Origin: a virus
Taxonomy: Duplodnaviria > Caudoviricetes
IMG/VR virus record: IMGVR_UViG_3300045994_000112
Coordinates: 1 to 59,286 of that record
Reading direction: 5' to 3' (one strand)
DNA length: 59,286 bases
Below the pieces are notes generated by a model. That model saw nothing but the letters and a program-made list of their open reading frames with translations, was not told the origin of the DNA and did not search any database. Both the position numbers and the translations under genes were made by a program. Numbering within the stretch: position 1 is the first letter of the stretch; each line of letters begins with the position of its first letter. Positions 9,685-19,578 of this stretch are shown piece by piece.

Positions 9685-10442
9685 AAACAAAAGAAATCAT
9701 CACAGAAGCAAACTTTGACCCGGGCGTTAAGATAGCATTGAAAAAAGCTGGATACAAATTCCTTGGTGCAGGTCAAGACCAAGACGCATACTTGGCACCA
9801 GACGGTTCCATCTTAAAGATATTTGGTACAGGTCGAGGTGCAAAACCAGGCAAGGGTAACTACTCCAAAGCACAGCAATCGTTCATTGACTTTGCAGAGT
9901 ATTGCATGAAGAATGCCAACAATCCATTCTTGCCTACGTTTGGTGGTGTGGAACAGTTTGTGTTCAACGGTAACACTTACTTACAGATTAGCGTGGAACG
10001 TATGTTTGACTTCAGTAAGCAAAAAGCAAACTGGTTAGCTGACCAGCTCGAGTACTTGGCCGACAATGCAAAATACGGTAGCGCAGCAAATCAGCTTAAA
10101 GATATCAAACAAGAACTTGAGCCTCAACCTGGACTTACTGGTTACGACGCAGAGTACAGCGAGGATATGGCTAAGATGGTAGTGTACTTAGGTGGCGAAG
10201 AAAATTTAACACTGTTATTGAACACTCTTAAAGATTTAGTTAAAATCGCGGATAATCGCGGCTACCATCTTGACTTGCACGGTGGTAACTTTATGCTCGG
10301 CTCAGACGGACATATCGTTATCAGCGATCCATTCTTCACGGGAAGTTATCGTGGATCTGCTCACGCTCGTAAACCGATTGGTGGTTCTTCCCGCGACGGT
10401 TACTCCGACTCGAGGTACGACAGTAACTCTGACAGCTGGTGA
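9681..10442 (+). CDS. protein-kinase-like fold protein
   Basis: LGAGQD, ILKIF, DLHGGNFM, ISDP; MKTKEIITE start. Confidence 0.7.
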   Translation: MKTKEIITEANFDPGVKIALKKAGYKFLGAGQDQDAYLAPDGSILKIFGTGRGAKPGKGNYSKAQQSFIDFAEYCMKNANNPFLPTFGGVEQFVFNGNTYLQISVERMFDFSKQKANWLADQLEYLADNAKYGSAANQLKDIKQELEPQPGLTGYDAEYSEDMAKMVVYLGGEENLTLLLNTLKDLVKIADNRGYHLDLHGGNFMLGSDGHIVISDPFFTGSYRGSAHARKPIGGSSRDGYSDSRYDSNSDSW

Positions 10443-10832
10443 TAACTGAGACAACGGGATACCTGCATCAGTGTATCCTTGTGTAAGCAAATCTAAATAA
10501 TATTCGTCAGGTGCGTGGTACTCATGGTTGTCATCAGCCATGTAATACACCCACGCTTTATGCTTGCGTTTCTCTGTCTCTACCCAAACTTCTTTGCGAC
10601 TGTAGTAAACAGGGTAACCTTCCATGTAATCAAGCGATTGCATTTCCATTGCACCTACTTCCCACAGCACACCTCCCATATCAGTATCTGCAGCTTCTAT
10701 GTCTGCGTGATACTTGAAAACCAGCTTGTGGTTGCGAAGTGTGGCCTTGCCCATATAAATGGCACCGGGACAACGACGAGTCATTGACTCGATGTTTGTG
10801 TTCATCCCGTAGCCAAAATAAAAGGTTTTCAT
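10302..10832 (-). CDS. gamma-glutamylcyclotransferase family protein
   Basis: YFGYGMN, GVLWEV, LDYMEGYP, AWVYYM; C-terminal tail overlaps the convergent kinase. Confidence 0.85.
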   Translation of the reverse strand: MKTFYFGYGMNTNIESMTRRCPGAIYMGKATLRNHKLVFKYHADIEAADTDMGGVLWEVGAMEMQSLDYMEGYPVYYSRKEVWVETEKRKHKAWVYYMADDNHEYHAPDEYYLDLLTQGYTDAGIPLSQLSPAVRVTVVPRVGVTVAGRTTNRFTSVSRSTITSREEWIADNDMSV

Positions 10833-11488
10833 TTACGCTGATCTTCAGGCAGCATTTGCGGGTTAATGAAGGAAGAGTTGCCAAAACAAATAACATTTTC
10901 CACGTCAGTACGTTGCGATGTAATACGACTAGGGTACATTGCGTGATTGTCGATATCCTTCACAAACACTGCGGTAAAGTCGTTCCACCTACTGAATTGG
11001 TCAATTGGATTTGGGTCTTGGTGCGACACGTACGATTCTAGCAGCATGTTTTTACCATACCCATTTGCTTGTCCCCATTTTGCTAACGCATTACCGGAGT
11101 CTGGATAAAAGCGCCAGCAATCTACTGGGTAACGGTGGAACGGCCCATTAGACGGTGCGCTTAAGTAGAAAACGCCAGTAGGCTTTAATACCCGCATAAT
11201 GTCTAGGAATGACATCCAAAAGAATTCAGAGTGCTCAAAGCACGATGAACTAACAATAATGTCTGCACTGTTATCTTCAAATGGTAGATGGTACGGATCA
11301 GTTAAAATAACGTCTACACCTTTACCTGCGACGAAATCAACACCGACGTATTCGTGGTGCGGTGGGGCGACAGTTTTTAGCGATCCATTTACATCTTGTG
11401 CGCCGATGTCTAAAATTTTACCCGCAGGTAAGTGAGCGCAATATGTGTCGAAAAAGTATTTTCCATTTGTCATGGCTGTTGAGTGCAT
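10829..11488 (-). CDS. class I SAM methyltransferase
   Basis: ILDIGAQDVNGS, SSSCFEH, RVLKPTG, HRYPVDCWRF. Confidence 0.85.
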   Translation of the reverse strand: MHSTAMTNGKYFFDTYCAHLPAGKILDIGAQDVNGSLKTVAPPHHEYVGVDFVAGKGVDVILTDPYHLPFEDNSADIIVSSSCFEHSEFFWMSFLDIMRVLKPTGVFYLSAPSNGPFHRYPVDCWRFYPDSGNALAKWGQANGYGKNMLLESYVSHQDPNPIDQFSRWNDFTAVFVKDIDNHAMYPSRITSQRTDVENVICFGNSSFINPQMLPEDQRK

Positions 11489-11499
11489 GTTAGTCCTTG

Positions 11500-12021
11500 T
11501 TAATTTTGAGAAGCTGATTTGATAAATTCATCTATATCAGAGCGAAGAAGTAAATCAGCAAATTGTTCGATTTTATGTAATGGCCAGTCCCACCAAGCAA
11601 GTGACTGCAATGCATTAATTTGGTCAGCGGTAAATCTGTTTCTGATAAGTTTAGCAGGGTTACCGCCAACTATCGTATAAGGCGCAACGTCTTTAATTAT
11701 GTGGGCATTGGCTGCTACAATAGCGCCGTTACCAATCGTAACCCCTGACATAATTGTGACTCCGTACCCTATCCATACATCATTTTGTATTACTACATTG
11801 CCATTAGAATATCCATCGGGCTCAGTATTATGACCAAATCCATTTTTTATATTGAAAGGGTAAGTAGTTACTCGATTGTATCTATGATTACCCCCAAGTA
11901 ACACAGTTACCCCAGGGGCTATTGAGCAATAGTTGCCTATTTGTAAAGTAGCGCCCTGTTGCCAATCAAAGATTGAAATTCCCTCTGCACCGTATGTGCC
12001 TGGACCAACGTTAATATTCAT
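11500..12021 (-). CDS. CatB/Vat-family hexapeptide O-acetyltransferase
   Basis: IGNYCSIA, TTYPF, NDVWIG, GGNPAK, LAWWDW. Confidence 0.9.
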   Translation of the reverse strand: MNINVGPGTYGAEGISIFDWQQGATLQIGNYCSIAPGVTVLLGGNHRYNRVTTYPFNIKNGFGHNTEPDGYSNGNVVIQNDVWIGYGVTIMSGVTIGNGAIVAANAHIIKDVAPYTIVGGNPAKLIRNRFTADQINALQSLAWWDWPLHKIEQFADLLLRSDIDEFIKSASQN

Positions 12022-12740
12022 TAATCTTTAACTGCTTGGCCGTTTGGACCAATCATTCCTTCTATTCCAATGTTTTGTAATTCGTGTATGTGCTGTGGTG
12101 GTAGCAGTTTGCAAAGCAAGTGCTCGATGTCAATGTATTGTCCCATGCCCACAGTGTTAGAGAAATCTTCCAGTGCATCACCATAAAACTGGATGATGTC
12201 GTCAAGCATCGCTGTGGGCCACGACCACAGACGCGACATATATTGCGCACGTTGGCCCGTAATGTGCCGTGGAAACTGTGATGGTCTCTTCTTGGCCAAT
12301 ACGATTTTATCCACTACTGCAGACTGCTCGTATGTAAGATGATCAAACATGTCGTTGATGACATAGCGACCAGAGATTTTGTGAATACGATCAACGCCCG
12401 CAAACTCATTGTCATCTTGCAGCATTTTGAGCGCGGCACCAAAGACCATTATTTCAGTACCGTTCTTAACGACATCCCAATTGTCTGTGCTATTGTACAT
12501 TGACTTGACTGATTCTTCATCAGTAAAATCAAGAAGCACATCTACTTCGTGTGTCAGTGTTTTTGTTTGCTGATCAGTAAGCGGAATGCCTGCCATCTCA
12601 ACAAGTACAATCTTTGCAGATGGGACTTTTTGTTTGATTGAGCGGATAGTGATTACTGTTTGCAGTAGCCTATCCGCAGGAGTGTAAACTCCAAAGCGAG
12701 TGTTAATCGCTGATGTGATAATAAAGCAGTGTTTTAACAT
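12021..12740 (-). CDS. hypothetical protein (glycosyltransferase-like)
   Basis: FIITSAI, KISGRY, DIEH motifs; TAAATA upstream. Confidence 0.6.
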   Translation of the reverse strand: MLKHCFIITSAINTRFGVYTPADRLLQTVITIRSIKQKVPSAKIVLVEMAGIPLTDQQTKTLTHEVDVLLDFTDEESVKSMYNSTDNWDVVKNGTEIMVFGAALKMLQDDNEFAGVDRIHKISGRYVINDMFDHLTYEQSAVVDKIVLAKKRPSQFPRHITGQRAQYMSRLWSWPTAMLDDIIQFYGDALEDFSNTVGMGQYIDIEHLLCKLLPPQHIHELQNIGIEGMIGPNGQAVKD

Positions 12741-12748
12741 GCTTGTAT

Positions 12749-12898
12749 TTACTCTGCAGACTTGTCACCCAATAAAGATTTTACCTTGGCAAGTAGCTTG
12801 CGTTGAGTGTCGAATACAAACTCTTTTGTGTCATCTTCGGTTGTAACTACGAGAATGAAGCCGTTTGCAACTTTGCGAATTTCGATATTTTCTAGCAT
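12749..12898 (-). CDS. small hypothetical protein
   Basis: Hand-translated MLENIEIRKVANGFILVV...; AAGGA SD. Confidence 0.6.
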   Translation of the reverse strand: MLENIEIRKVANGFILVVTTEDDTKEFVFDTQRKLLAKVKSLLGDKSAE

Positions 12899-12953
12899 GG
12901 ATAGTCCTTATGTAATGTACAAGTATAGCACGATTCTGTACAGAAAGCAACGC

Positions 12954-13475
12954 TTATTCGTTCATTTGCGACACATTTACTCCTGAATTCTTCAGGAATT
13001 TAATGCCTGTATCATCTCTGTACTGTTGCCCATAGACAAGGCGTGCAATGCCTGCGCCGTGCAATGCTTTGGCGCAGTCCATGCAAGGTGCATGAGTGAC
13101 AAACACAGTCGCGCCAGCAGAGGAGAACCCAGCCTTTAGCATCTTAGCGATGGCATTCATTTCTGCGTGTAGAACTTCGGGTTTGGTTTTTAGCGCATAA
13201 CGACCTTGCATCATTACACCATCTGCGTCAAGCTGTTCGCCTTCAAAGGGCCAACGCTCAGTGATCTCATCTGGATCAAGCCACCCACCGGCACCACGGT
13301 CCATCCAGACTCTGTCTTCGCAGTTGTTGTCCCATCCTTCAGGAGTACCATTGTAGCCAGGTACCATAATGTTGTGTGTTACGATGACACATCCAACCTT
13401 AAGTCGTTTAGCGTAGGAGTTTTCAGCGAAACGTTTTGCAACGTCCATGTATGTTTTGTTGAGTTTAGGGTTCAT
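12954..13475 (-). CDS. cd: dCMP deaminase
   Basis: GYNGTP, HAEMNAI, PCMDC zinc motifs. Confidence 0.9.
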   Translation of the reverse strand: MNPKLNKTYMDVAKRFAENSYAKRLKVGCVIVTHNIMVPGYNGTPEGWDNNCEDRVWMDRGAGGWLDPDEITERWPFEGEQLDADGVMMQGRYALKTKPEVLHAEMNAIAKMLKAGFSSAGATVFVTHAPCMDCAKALHGAGIARLVYGQQYRDDTGIKFLKNSGVNVSQMNE

Positions 13476-13484
13476 ATTTGAATT

Positions 13485-13559
13485 TGGTCCCGCTAGGCCG
13501 AATCGAACGACCATCTAAGGTTTAGGAAACCCCTGCATTATCCATTATACGATAGCGAG
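13485..13559 (-). tRNA. tRNA-Arg(CCT)
   Basis: Cloverleaf, TTCGA T-loop, CCA. Confidence 0.9.
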
Positions 13560-13563
13560 AAAT

Positions 13564-13638
13564 TGGTCCGGGATAACGGAATCGAACCGCTGTTTAGAAG
13601 GTAGAAGCTTCCTGTATTTTCCACTATACGAATCCCAG
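13564..13638 (-). tRNA. tRNA-Arg(TCT)
   Basis: Cloverleaf, CCA. Confidence 0.9.
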
Positions 13639-13678
13639 TGTTAGTGTATTATACTATTTATTGATTAACGAGTCAAGA

Positions 13679-14203
13679 TTAATATGTGCCGATTATTTGC
13701 CATCGGCAACCACGGTACATCAACCAGACGAACTCGTACGACCTATGCAGCTTGTGCTCTATTGTATCGGGGTTTAGTGACACGATTGTCACCTTTCGGT
13801 CATTCATGGGATGCCCCATTTCAGCTTTGATGATCATCACTTTTCCCTCTGGTGGATTCTCGGGTAATGTTACAGTGATGGAATCTTCGCAATTCACACC
13901 AATGTACATGTCCGTGACTAATGCTTGGTAGTCCGCGTCAATGATCGTGGTCCCAAGGATGAGGTTTGTTCCGCCCTCCGCTCCTGGAGGACCCGCAGGA
14001 CCATTATTGCCAGGGTCACCTTTAGGTCCTTGCGGTCCAGGTGGTCCAATGGGGCCAGTATCTCCAATAATTCCGATTGGTTCAATGCAAGGTGGGGCTG
14101 GTGGTTCATAAGACATAACCTTTGAAAAATTTAGTCGTCGCATTACAGACAATTTATAAATCTCTTCTTTGAGCTCCGTAATGCGTTGTTCTACATCGTA
14201 CAT
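13679..14203 (-). CDS. collagen-like protein
   Basis: Gly-X-Y run [19 protein letters not shown]; C-terminal beta domain. Confidence 0.8.
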   Translation of the reverse strand: MYDVEQRITELKEEIYKLSVMRRLNFSKVMSYEPPAPPCIEPIGIIGDTGPIGPPGPQGPKGDPGNNGPAGPPGAEGGTNLILGTTIIDADYQALVTDMYIGVNCEDSITVTLPENPPEGKVMIIKAEMGHPMNDRKVTIVSLNPDTIEHKLHRSYEFVWLMYRGCRWQIIGTY

Positions 14204-14204
14204 A

Positions 14205-14429
14205 TTAAATACGCCAGGTGCCGCCGTAAAACGGGGTTACGATTGGGTACGGAGTCGCAACTGGATAAGGTGACATCACAGGATACGGAATGTATTGTGG
14301 TGCGCAATTTCGATTGTGTCTTCCTGACATCAATGAATAGAAAAGAAAGTCGTTACAACCACGATGGCTGTGATAACTGTGATGGTGGTGATAACTGTGG
14401 TTGCGGTAACCTGCATAATCATAAGACAT
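14205..14429 (-). CDS. His/Tyr/Pro-rich small protein
   Basis: AAGGAG SD; HSYHHHHSYHSH and PYPV repeats. Confidence 0.65.
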   Translation of the reverse strand: MSYDYAGYRNHSYHHHHSYHSHRGCNDFLFYSLMSGRHNRNCAPQYIPYPVMSPYPVATPYPIVTPFYGGTWRI

Positions 14430-14439
14430 ATTTTCTCCT

Positions 14440-14475
14440 TAAAAAAGGCCGACAATCATTTTGTGACTGCCGGCC
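14440..14475 (-). terminator. intrinsic terminator-like hairpin
   Basis: GGCCGGCAGTCA/TGATTGTCGGCC followed by T6. Confidence 0.6.
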
Positions 14476-14501
14476 CAAACTAAGCTAAATTAATAAATTA
14501 A

Positions 14502-15194
14502 TTAAGCAACGTTATTCGATGCCGAAGTTGTGTTAGCACCCATTGTACCGAAGTTTACGGTCTTTTGCGTAGCCTGTTGGAACTGGCTATGTAAAGCATT
14601 GATTTGGGAAGACAATGTATTTGCTTGCAAATTTGTCATTCCGTCTCTGTAGTAACGAGAGTCACCACGTTGTTCGATGATTTCAGCTTGACGTTCGGAT
14701 AGAACGCGATTCAATTCTTCCATCTTCAATGCATTGATCAACGCACGAGTTGAGTTTCCGTCGGCGACAAGTTGTTGACCGAGCAATGCTTGACCAAGAG
14801 CAATTGCTGCTGATGTCTTTGCGCCTTCAAGTGCTGTTGCTGCTTGTCCAGCTTGAGCTGCTTGGCTGATAGCACCAAGAGTATTTGCAAACTGCATGTC
14901 TGTACCAGCCTTAAGAGCTGCTAATGCTGTTGCATTGCTGAAGTTTTGCGACTGAGCTGCAATGAAATATGCGGTGTCTTGAGCAACTACACGGTCAGCT
15001 TCTGTACCTGTGCGGTCAGAATTTGCCCATGCTGCTGTCTTAGTTGCATCAATTACATCACTTGCTTCTTTTGCTGTTTCACGACGAATGTCTGCTGTGT
15101 TTTGTGCTGCTTCACGACGAATGTCCGCGTGATCTTGCATGATTGATGTTGTATCTAGTTGGCCCGATACGGTGCCTGTTACGATGTCTGCCAT
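14502..15194 (-). CDS. Ala/Gln/Thr-rich helical protein
   Basis: 230 aa; AAGGA SD; ADIRRE repeats. Confidence 0.8.
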   Translation of the reverse strand: MADIVTGTVSGQLDTTSIMQDHADIRREAAQNTADIRRETAKEASDVIDATKTAAWANSDRTGTEADRVVAQDTAYFIAAQSQNFSNATALAALKAGTDMQFANTLGAISQAAQAGQAATALEGAKTSAAIALGQALLGQQLVADGNSTRALINALKMEELNRVLSERQAEIIEQRGDSRYYRDGMTNLQANTLSSQINALHSQFQQATQKTVNFGTMGANTTSASNNVA

Positions 15195-15297
15195 TTTTAT
15201 TTTCCTTTAAAGTGTCTGCTTTTATATGCAGTACACTATTACTTAAAAGTTAAAATAACAGATTTTGTACGACTCGAGTATTACTAATACTACAGCA

Positions 15298-15996
15298 TTA
15301 AGCTTGTAATGCGTCCTGCGAAGCCAATGCTAACTGTGTGCGATTGCGAACACCGTACTCCTTAAGGATAGCAGATACATGAATCTTTACAGTGCTTTCT
15401 GTAATCTTCAGCATGTTGGCAATCGTCTTGTTTGGTAGACCACGGTGGCAAACCAAATCCATCACTTGCTGTTGACGAGCAGTTAAGTGAATGTTAGGGC
15501 GTACCAGTTTGGTTACTTTCTTGGACTGCATCAACTCGTCAATGATATCACGTGGCCACGATTGCTTACCAATCAACAATAGATTGATTGCAATCATTGC
15601 ACGGTCAATTCCGTAGCTTACAACGTGCGGCACCAATCCTGAAATGTCAAGATTCTTAAATTCTTTGATTAGTTCCAATGTGCAATCTTTTTCGATGCTG
15701 ATTGCAATTGCTGGGTTACAACCAGTGTTCATCTTAATCATCGTGCGTAGCATTGCAATGAACTCTGTCACTGATACACCAGTGTCCTTCGCCATGTCTT
15801 GATGAATCAAAACTAGCGTTGGATTGTGAACAAGTGCCATTTCGAGGCCAGCCCACGATTCTGCAACCTTGAGTTGAAAACAGGGACTATGAGTCATGGC
15901 CACTTTCGCTATCTCCGGAGTTATCCTGTGCCAGTCATATCGAAATACAACTATATGAGGGCGGATTTCAAGTTTGTCGGTATCTAAAATTGCCAT
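15298..15996 (-). CDS. LuxR/NarL-family regulator
   Basis: LTARQQQV..GLPNKTIA..L.ITESTVKIHVSAIL..GVRNRTQ; degenerate receiver domain. Confidence 0.9.
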   Translation of the reverse strand: MAILDTDKLEIRPHIVVFRYDWHRITPEIAKVAMTHSPCFQLKVAESWAGLEMALVHNPTLVLIHQDMAKDTGVSVTEFIAMLRTMIKMNTGCNPAIAISIEKDCTLELIKEFKNLDISGLVPHVVSYGIDRAMIAINLLLIGKQSWPRDIIDELMQSKKVTKLVRPNIHLTARQQQVMDLVCHRGLPNKTIANMLKITESTVKIHVSAILKEYGVRNRTQLALASQDALQA

Positions 15997-16169
15997 GGTG
16001 TTTCCCTGTGCTTTATAATACTTACATTGTAATACGCACATTGCGTTATACGGTAAGTTGTACTAATACTTCAGTGTGCTATGTAATATAGTCAACACAT
16101 CTGTTATCACAGTATAGCAAGATATATGCGCAATCGTATGTACGGTTGTACACATAAGCAAAAATCATT

Positions 16170-16244
16170 TGGCCTGCCCTAGTGGAATCGAACCACTATC
16201 ATTGCGTTCGGAACACAATATCCTATCCGTTGGACGAAGGGCAG
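16170..16244 (-). tRNA. tRNA-Arg(CCG)
   Basis: Cloverleaf, CCA. Confidence 0.9.
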
Positions 16245-16297
16245 TCATGAAAAGACCTACGTAGCTTGCGCCTTGAACGTAGGTCGTTGTTAACTAG

Positions 16298-16394
16298 CAG
16301 AATGACTTTTACCTTTGTTATTTAACTTCGGGCATTTCGATATTGCTATCTAGACGGACGGTCCCGACTTGCTCGTTATTGCAGCAATCATTCT
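16298..16394 (-). ncRNA. CAGCAA-helix family RNA
   Basis: AGAATGAT-TG-CTGCAA...GTCATTCTG. Confidence 0.65.
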
Positions 16395-16401
16395 AAAAAT
16401 C

Positions 16402-16475
16402 TGGAGCGGGATAGGAGAATCGAACTCCTGACTAAACCTTGGCAAGGTTTCGTTTGACCATTAAACTAATCCCGC
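16402..16475 (-). tRNA. tRNA-Gly(GCC)
   Basis: Cloverleaf, CCA. Confidence 0.9.
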
Positions 16476-16570
16476 ATTTTGTTTATGTTAGGCTCCCTCG
16501 TCTCCTGAGAATTTAATCCCATTCGATAGCCGTGTACTCCTGGGGATAAACAAGCCCCGAGCATTAGTAT

Positions 16571-16783
16571 TTATTCCGCCGCTGCGGATTTACCAAATTC
16601 TTTCTTCTCACGCTTCACGATCGTGTTCTCAGCTACTTGCGCTTCGATCATCGAACGACGGAATGCCGCACGTTGTTCTGCATCCGTAAAGGAGTGCAGT
16701 GCAAGAATCCGCTTGTAAGTCTTCTTCAAGCGGAAGTTCTTGTTGGTAATCCGTGCCTTAGGGGCGATATTTTCTGTTGCCAT
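16571..16783 (-). CDS. small basic hypothetical protein
   Basis: AGGA SD; NFRLKKTYKRILA. Confidence 0.7.
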   Translation of the reverse strand: MATENIAPKARITNKNFRLKKTYKRILALHSFTDAEQRAAFRRSMIEAQVAENTIVKREKKEFGKSAAAE

Positions 16784-16812
16784 ATTTTCCTATAAAGGTT
16801 GTTGAAAGTTGT

Positions 16813-16900
16813 TGGCGGAGCAAGTAGGACTCGAACCTACAGACCGCTTGCGCAGTCACAGATTAGCAATCTGTTCGTTTAACCCTTCACGCATTGCTCC
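16813..16900 (-). tRNA. tRNA-Ser(GCT)
   Basis: Long variable arm, G73, CCA. Confidence 0.9.
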
Positions 16901-16948
16901 GTGTGTATGTATTATAGCTTGAATTGCCCTAAGGAGCAATCAGTTCGG

Positions 16949-17242
16949 TTAAACTACTACTGGAGCAGCTTCAATTACTGATCCAAGTGTTGAAATCGTA
17001 ATACTTGTTAACTCTGCTGGCGGATGATCCAGTACGAGTTGGTTAAGAGCAGCTACATATTCTTCAGCTGCGGCTTGATTGATCCAGTTCATTTGCCACG
17101 ACGTGGCTGACAATGGATGAGCAACGCCATCCGTTTTTCCTTCGGAAACCAGTCTAGCAATAGTCAATTGACGATGATGCACTAATGATGCGACTTGTTG
17201 TGCTACTGCCCAATTGGTAACAGTTTTTACAGTTAAAATCAT
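16949..17242 (-). CDS. hypothetical protein
   Basis: AAGGA SD; TAAATA upstream. Confidence 0.6.
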   Translation of the reverse strand: MILTVKTVTNWAVAQQVASLVHHRQLTIARLVSEGKTDGVAHPLSATSWQMNWINQAAAEEYVAALNQLVLDHPPAELTSITISTLGSVIEAAPVVV

Positions 17243-17261
17243 GATTAAATCCTTTGTTAAT

Positions 17262-18155
17262 TCAATATTTATGTGTTTGGATGCCACATTCAATCCTGTC
17301 AGGGATTAAATTTTGGCGGCCCAGTTCAGTATTTATTTGTTTTGCTATAACAGCGTGGGCTTTAGCCTTTTCACGTATTTCCAAATTAGCTGGCATATCG
17401 CATATTACTGCTACTAAGAAATCATGTTGTAATACAGAATCAGGGTGTGGATCACTGCAATGTGCATATTGCATATATTCCTTATGCTTCTGCTTTTCAA
17501 GCTTATACTCCCAAAATCCAGAGTATGTTTCTGGGTTAAACTTGTCCTTGGGGGCGCTTCCAAATTTTGACCAGTCAATCCTGCCTATCAAATTCCGCAC
17601 GGCATTTATACCAAGTATTTCAGTAGCATTCTTTATCTCTTGCTTAGTGAGTAGGCTCTTAGTGGGCCAAGTCAATGACCAAGTACCTTTTGTATTGGGG
17701 CGAACATCGTACCATGGATTCTGCCAGAACACCATCGTGTACTTACATCCTATGCTATTGAGCAATTGTTGGATATTAAAGATGATATTAAAGTTGTCCA
17801 CTATCATGTGCGTAAGGCTAACGTCGTAGTCAGGATGCAAGCGGTACATGCCGCGCCATGGCTGATCGCTTAGTTCAAGTTTACCATCTTGCCTAGGAAA
17901 GAATCCCTGCACATCTTTAGTGTCGATCCATTCCTTGTCGTACCACTGTGACACACGGTTGTTACCTGATAGCATGATGTAAACTTCATCATCTGCGGTT
18001 AATGTGTCTGCACGGTTAATCAATTCCCAATACATTACTTCATTTGATAGGCCAGGCCACGCTAAATTGGTAACTGGCCCTTTGTATTCCTGTAAGTAGT
18101 CAGCCCAAGTTGGCCAAAACCATTTCGTAAAGCTACAGCCTAAAGTATAAATCAT
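17262..18155 (-). CDS. SGNH-hydrolase-like protein
   Basis: GCSFT, NLAWPGLSN, DPHP. Confidence 0.7.
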   Translation of the reverse strand: MIYTLGCSFTKWFWPTWADYLQEYKGPVTNLAWPGLSNEVMYWELINRADTLTADDEVYIMLSGNNRVSQWYDKEWIDTKDVQGFFPRQDGKLELSDQPWRGMYRLHPDYDVSLTHMIVDNFNIIFNIQQLLNSIGCKYTMVFWQNPWYDVRPNTKGTWSLTWPTKSLLTKQEIKNATEILGINAVRNLIGRIDWSKFGSAPKDKFNPETYSGFWEYKLEKQKHKEYMQYAHCSDPHPDSVLQHDFLVAVICDMPANLEIREKAKAHAVIAKQINTELGRQNLIPDRIECGIQTHKY

Positions 18156-18193
18156 TGCGGGAAAACGTACCAGAATTGGTGTTGATATAAGTT

Positions 18194-18267
18194 TGGTGCC
18201 CCACGACAGAATCGAACTGCCGTCTCAGGATTACAAAACCAGCGTACTACCATTGTACTAGTAGGGC
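18194..18267 (-). tRNA. tRNA-Thr(TGT)
   Basis: Cloverleaf, CCA. Confidence 0.85.
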
Positions 18268-18321
18268 AAACTTATTGTGTATGTATTTATTTATCCCACG
18301 TGACCCAACACTAAATATTTT

Positions 18322-19578
18322 ATGTTCAACGTTTACCAACACTGGGACCCACTTAAAGTTTGCTTAGTGGGCAAGTCCTATTCTCCAGAATTCTACTCTT
18401 TCATCACAAACCCTAAAGTGCGTGTCGTCATGGAACGCATAGCAAGGGAAACAGAAGAAGATTACCAAAAGCTTATCGCAAAATTAGAAGAGTTTAACGT
18501 TAAAGTTATCAGGCCTACATTAACTGACAACTACAAAGACTACCTAGACCCAGTATCAAATAAAATTATGATACCCCCAATGACGCCGCGTGACTACACA
18601 ATCATGCTAGGTGAAAATTTTTACTTTATGCCACGTGACCCTTTAATTGCACACCGGCGTGGATGGAGGTACACACAAAATACATGGAAAAATCTGCGTG
18701 GTGATAGTTGGCCGATTACTCCACCAGACACATTGGCAGAATGGGATGCACATATCCTGGCAGAATGGGGAGACAATCCACGGTGGCCAAAATTTGAAGA
18801 TCCTGTAACTGCAAGATCATTTGATAGCAATGCTGGTATGGTAATGGAACACCACAGACGTTACTCGCTACCAATGACCACCGCTGGCATGTGGGATGAC
18901 CTGTTTACTGCTATCAATGAAGCTGGAAATCCAATTTATAACATAGTGCCAGAAGAGCTGCATGGTATTAATAGCGCAATGGTTGCACGTATTGGGGAAG
19001 ATCTGTTCTGGGGCACTGACAACTTTGACCGTGATTTGACCGGTAATAAAGAGTTCTTAACGCAAATTGAACCTGGGTACAATTGGCACACGGTTAACAC
19101 GTACGGTCATGCTGATTGTACTTATTGCCCAATTACGCCTGGTCTTATTATTAGCATTGAAGATGCACCAATGTACGCCGAGTCGTTCCCGGGTTGGAAA
19201 GTAGTGTATTTACCTGGGGAAAGCTGGGGCAAAGTGAAGGAATTCACTGATTTAAAGGCTAAAAACAAAGGTAAGTGGTGGGTTCCTGGTGAGGAACTAA
19301 ACGACGACTTTACTGCATTCGTTAATACTTGGTTAGATGATTGGGTTGGTTACGTTGAAGAATCAGTCTTTGACGTCAACATGTTAATCATCGATCACAA
19401 TAATGTTCTATGCACCGGCTACAATGATGAAGTATTTGCGGCGTGCAAGGAAAAAGGTATCACATTACATCAAGTCCCATTCAGGCACCGTTACTTCTGG
19501 GATGGCGGATTACATTGCATAACTGCCGATTTGCATCGCGATGGCACCAAGCAAAACTTTTTTAGTGGCCGTAAATGA
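18322..19578 (+). CDS. amidinotransferase family protein
   Basis: WDPLKVCLVG, PRD, GHAD, DVNML, GGLHCITADL catalytic motifs. Confidence 0.85.
   Translation: MFNVYQHWDPLKVCLVGKSYSPEFYSFITNPKVRVVMERIARETEEDYQKLIAKLEEFNVKVIRPTLTDNYKDYLDPVSNKIMIPPMTPRDYTIMLGENFYFMPRDPLIAHRRGWRYTQNTWKNLRGDSWPITPPDTLAEWDAHILAEWGDNPRWPKFEDPVTARSFDSNAGMVMEHHRRYSLPMTTAGMWDDLFTAINEAGNPIYNIVPEELHGINSAMVARIGEDLFWGTDNFDRDLTGNKEFLTQIEPGYNWHTVNTYGHADCTYCPITPGLIISIEDAPMYAESFPGWKVVYLPGESWGKVKEFTDLKAKNKGKWWVPGEELNDDFTAFVNTWLDDWVGYVEESVFDVNMLIIDHNNVLCTGYNDEVFAACKEKGITLHQVPFRHRYFWDGGLHCITADLHRDGTKQNFFSGRK

Noticed and set aside
11500-12021. Antibiotic resistance gene (cat/vat)
   Set aside because: Fold is shared with sugar O-acetyltransferases, which fits the gene context better
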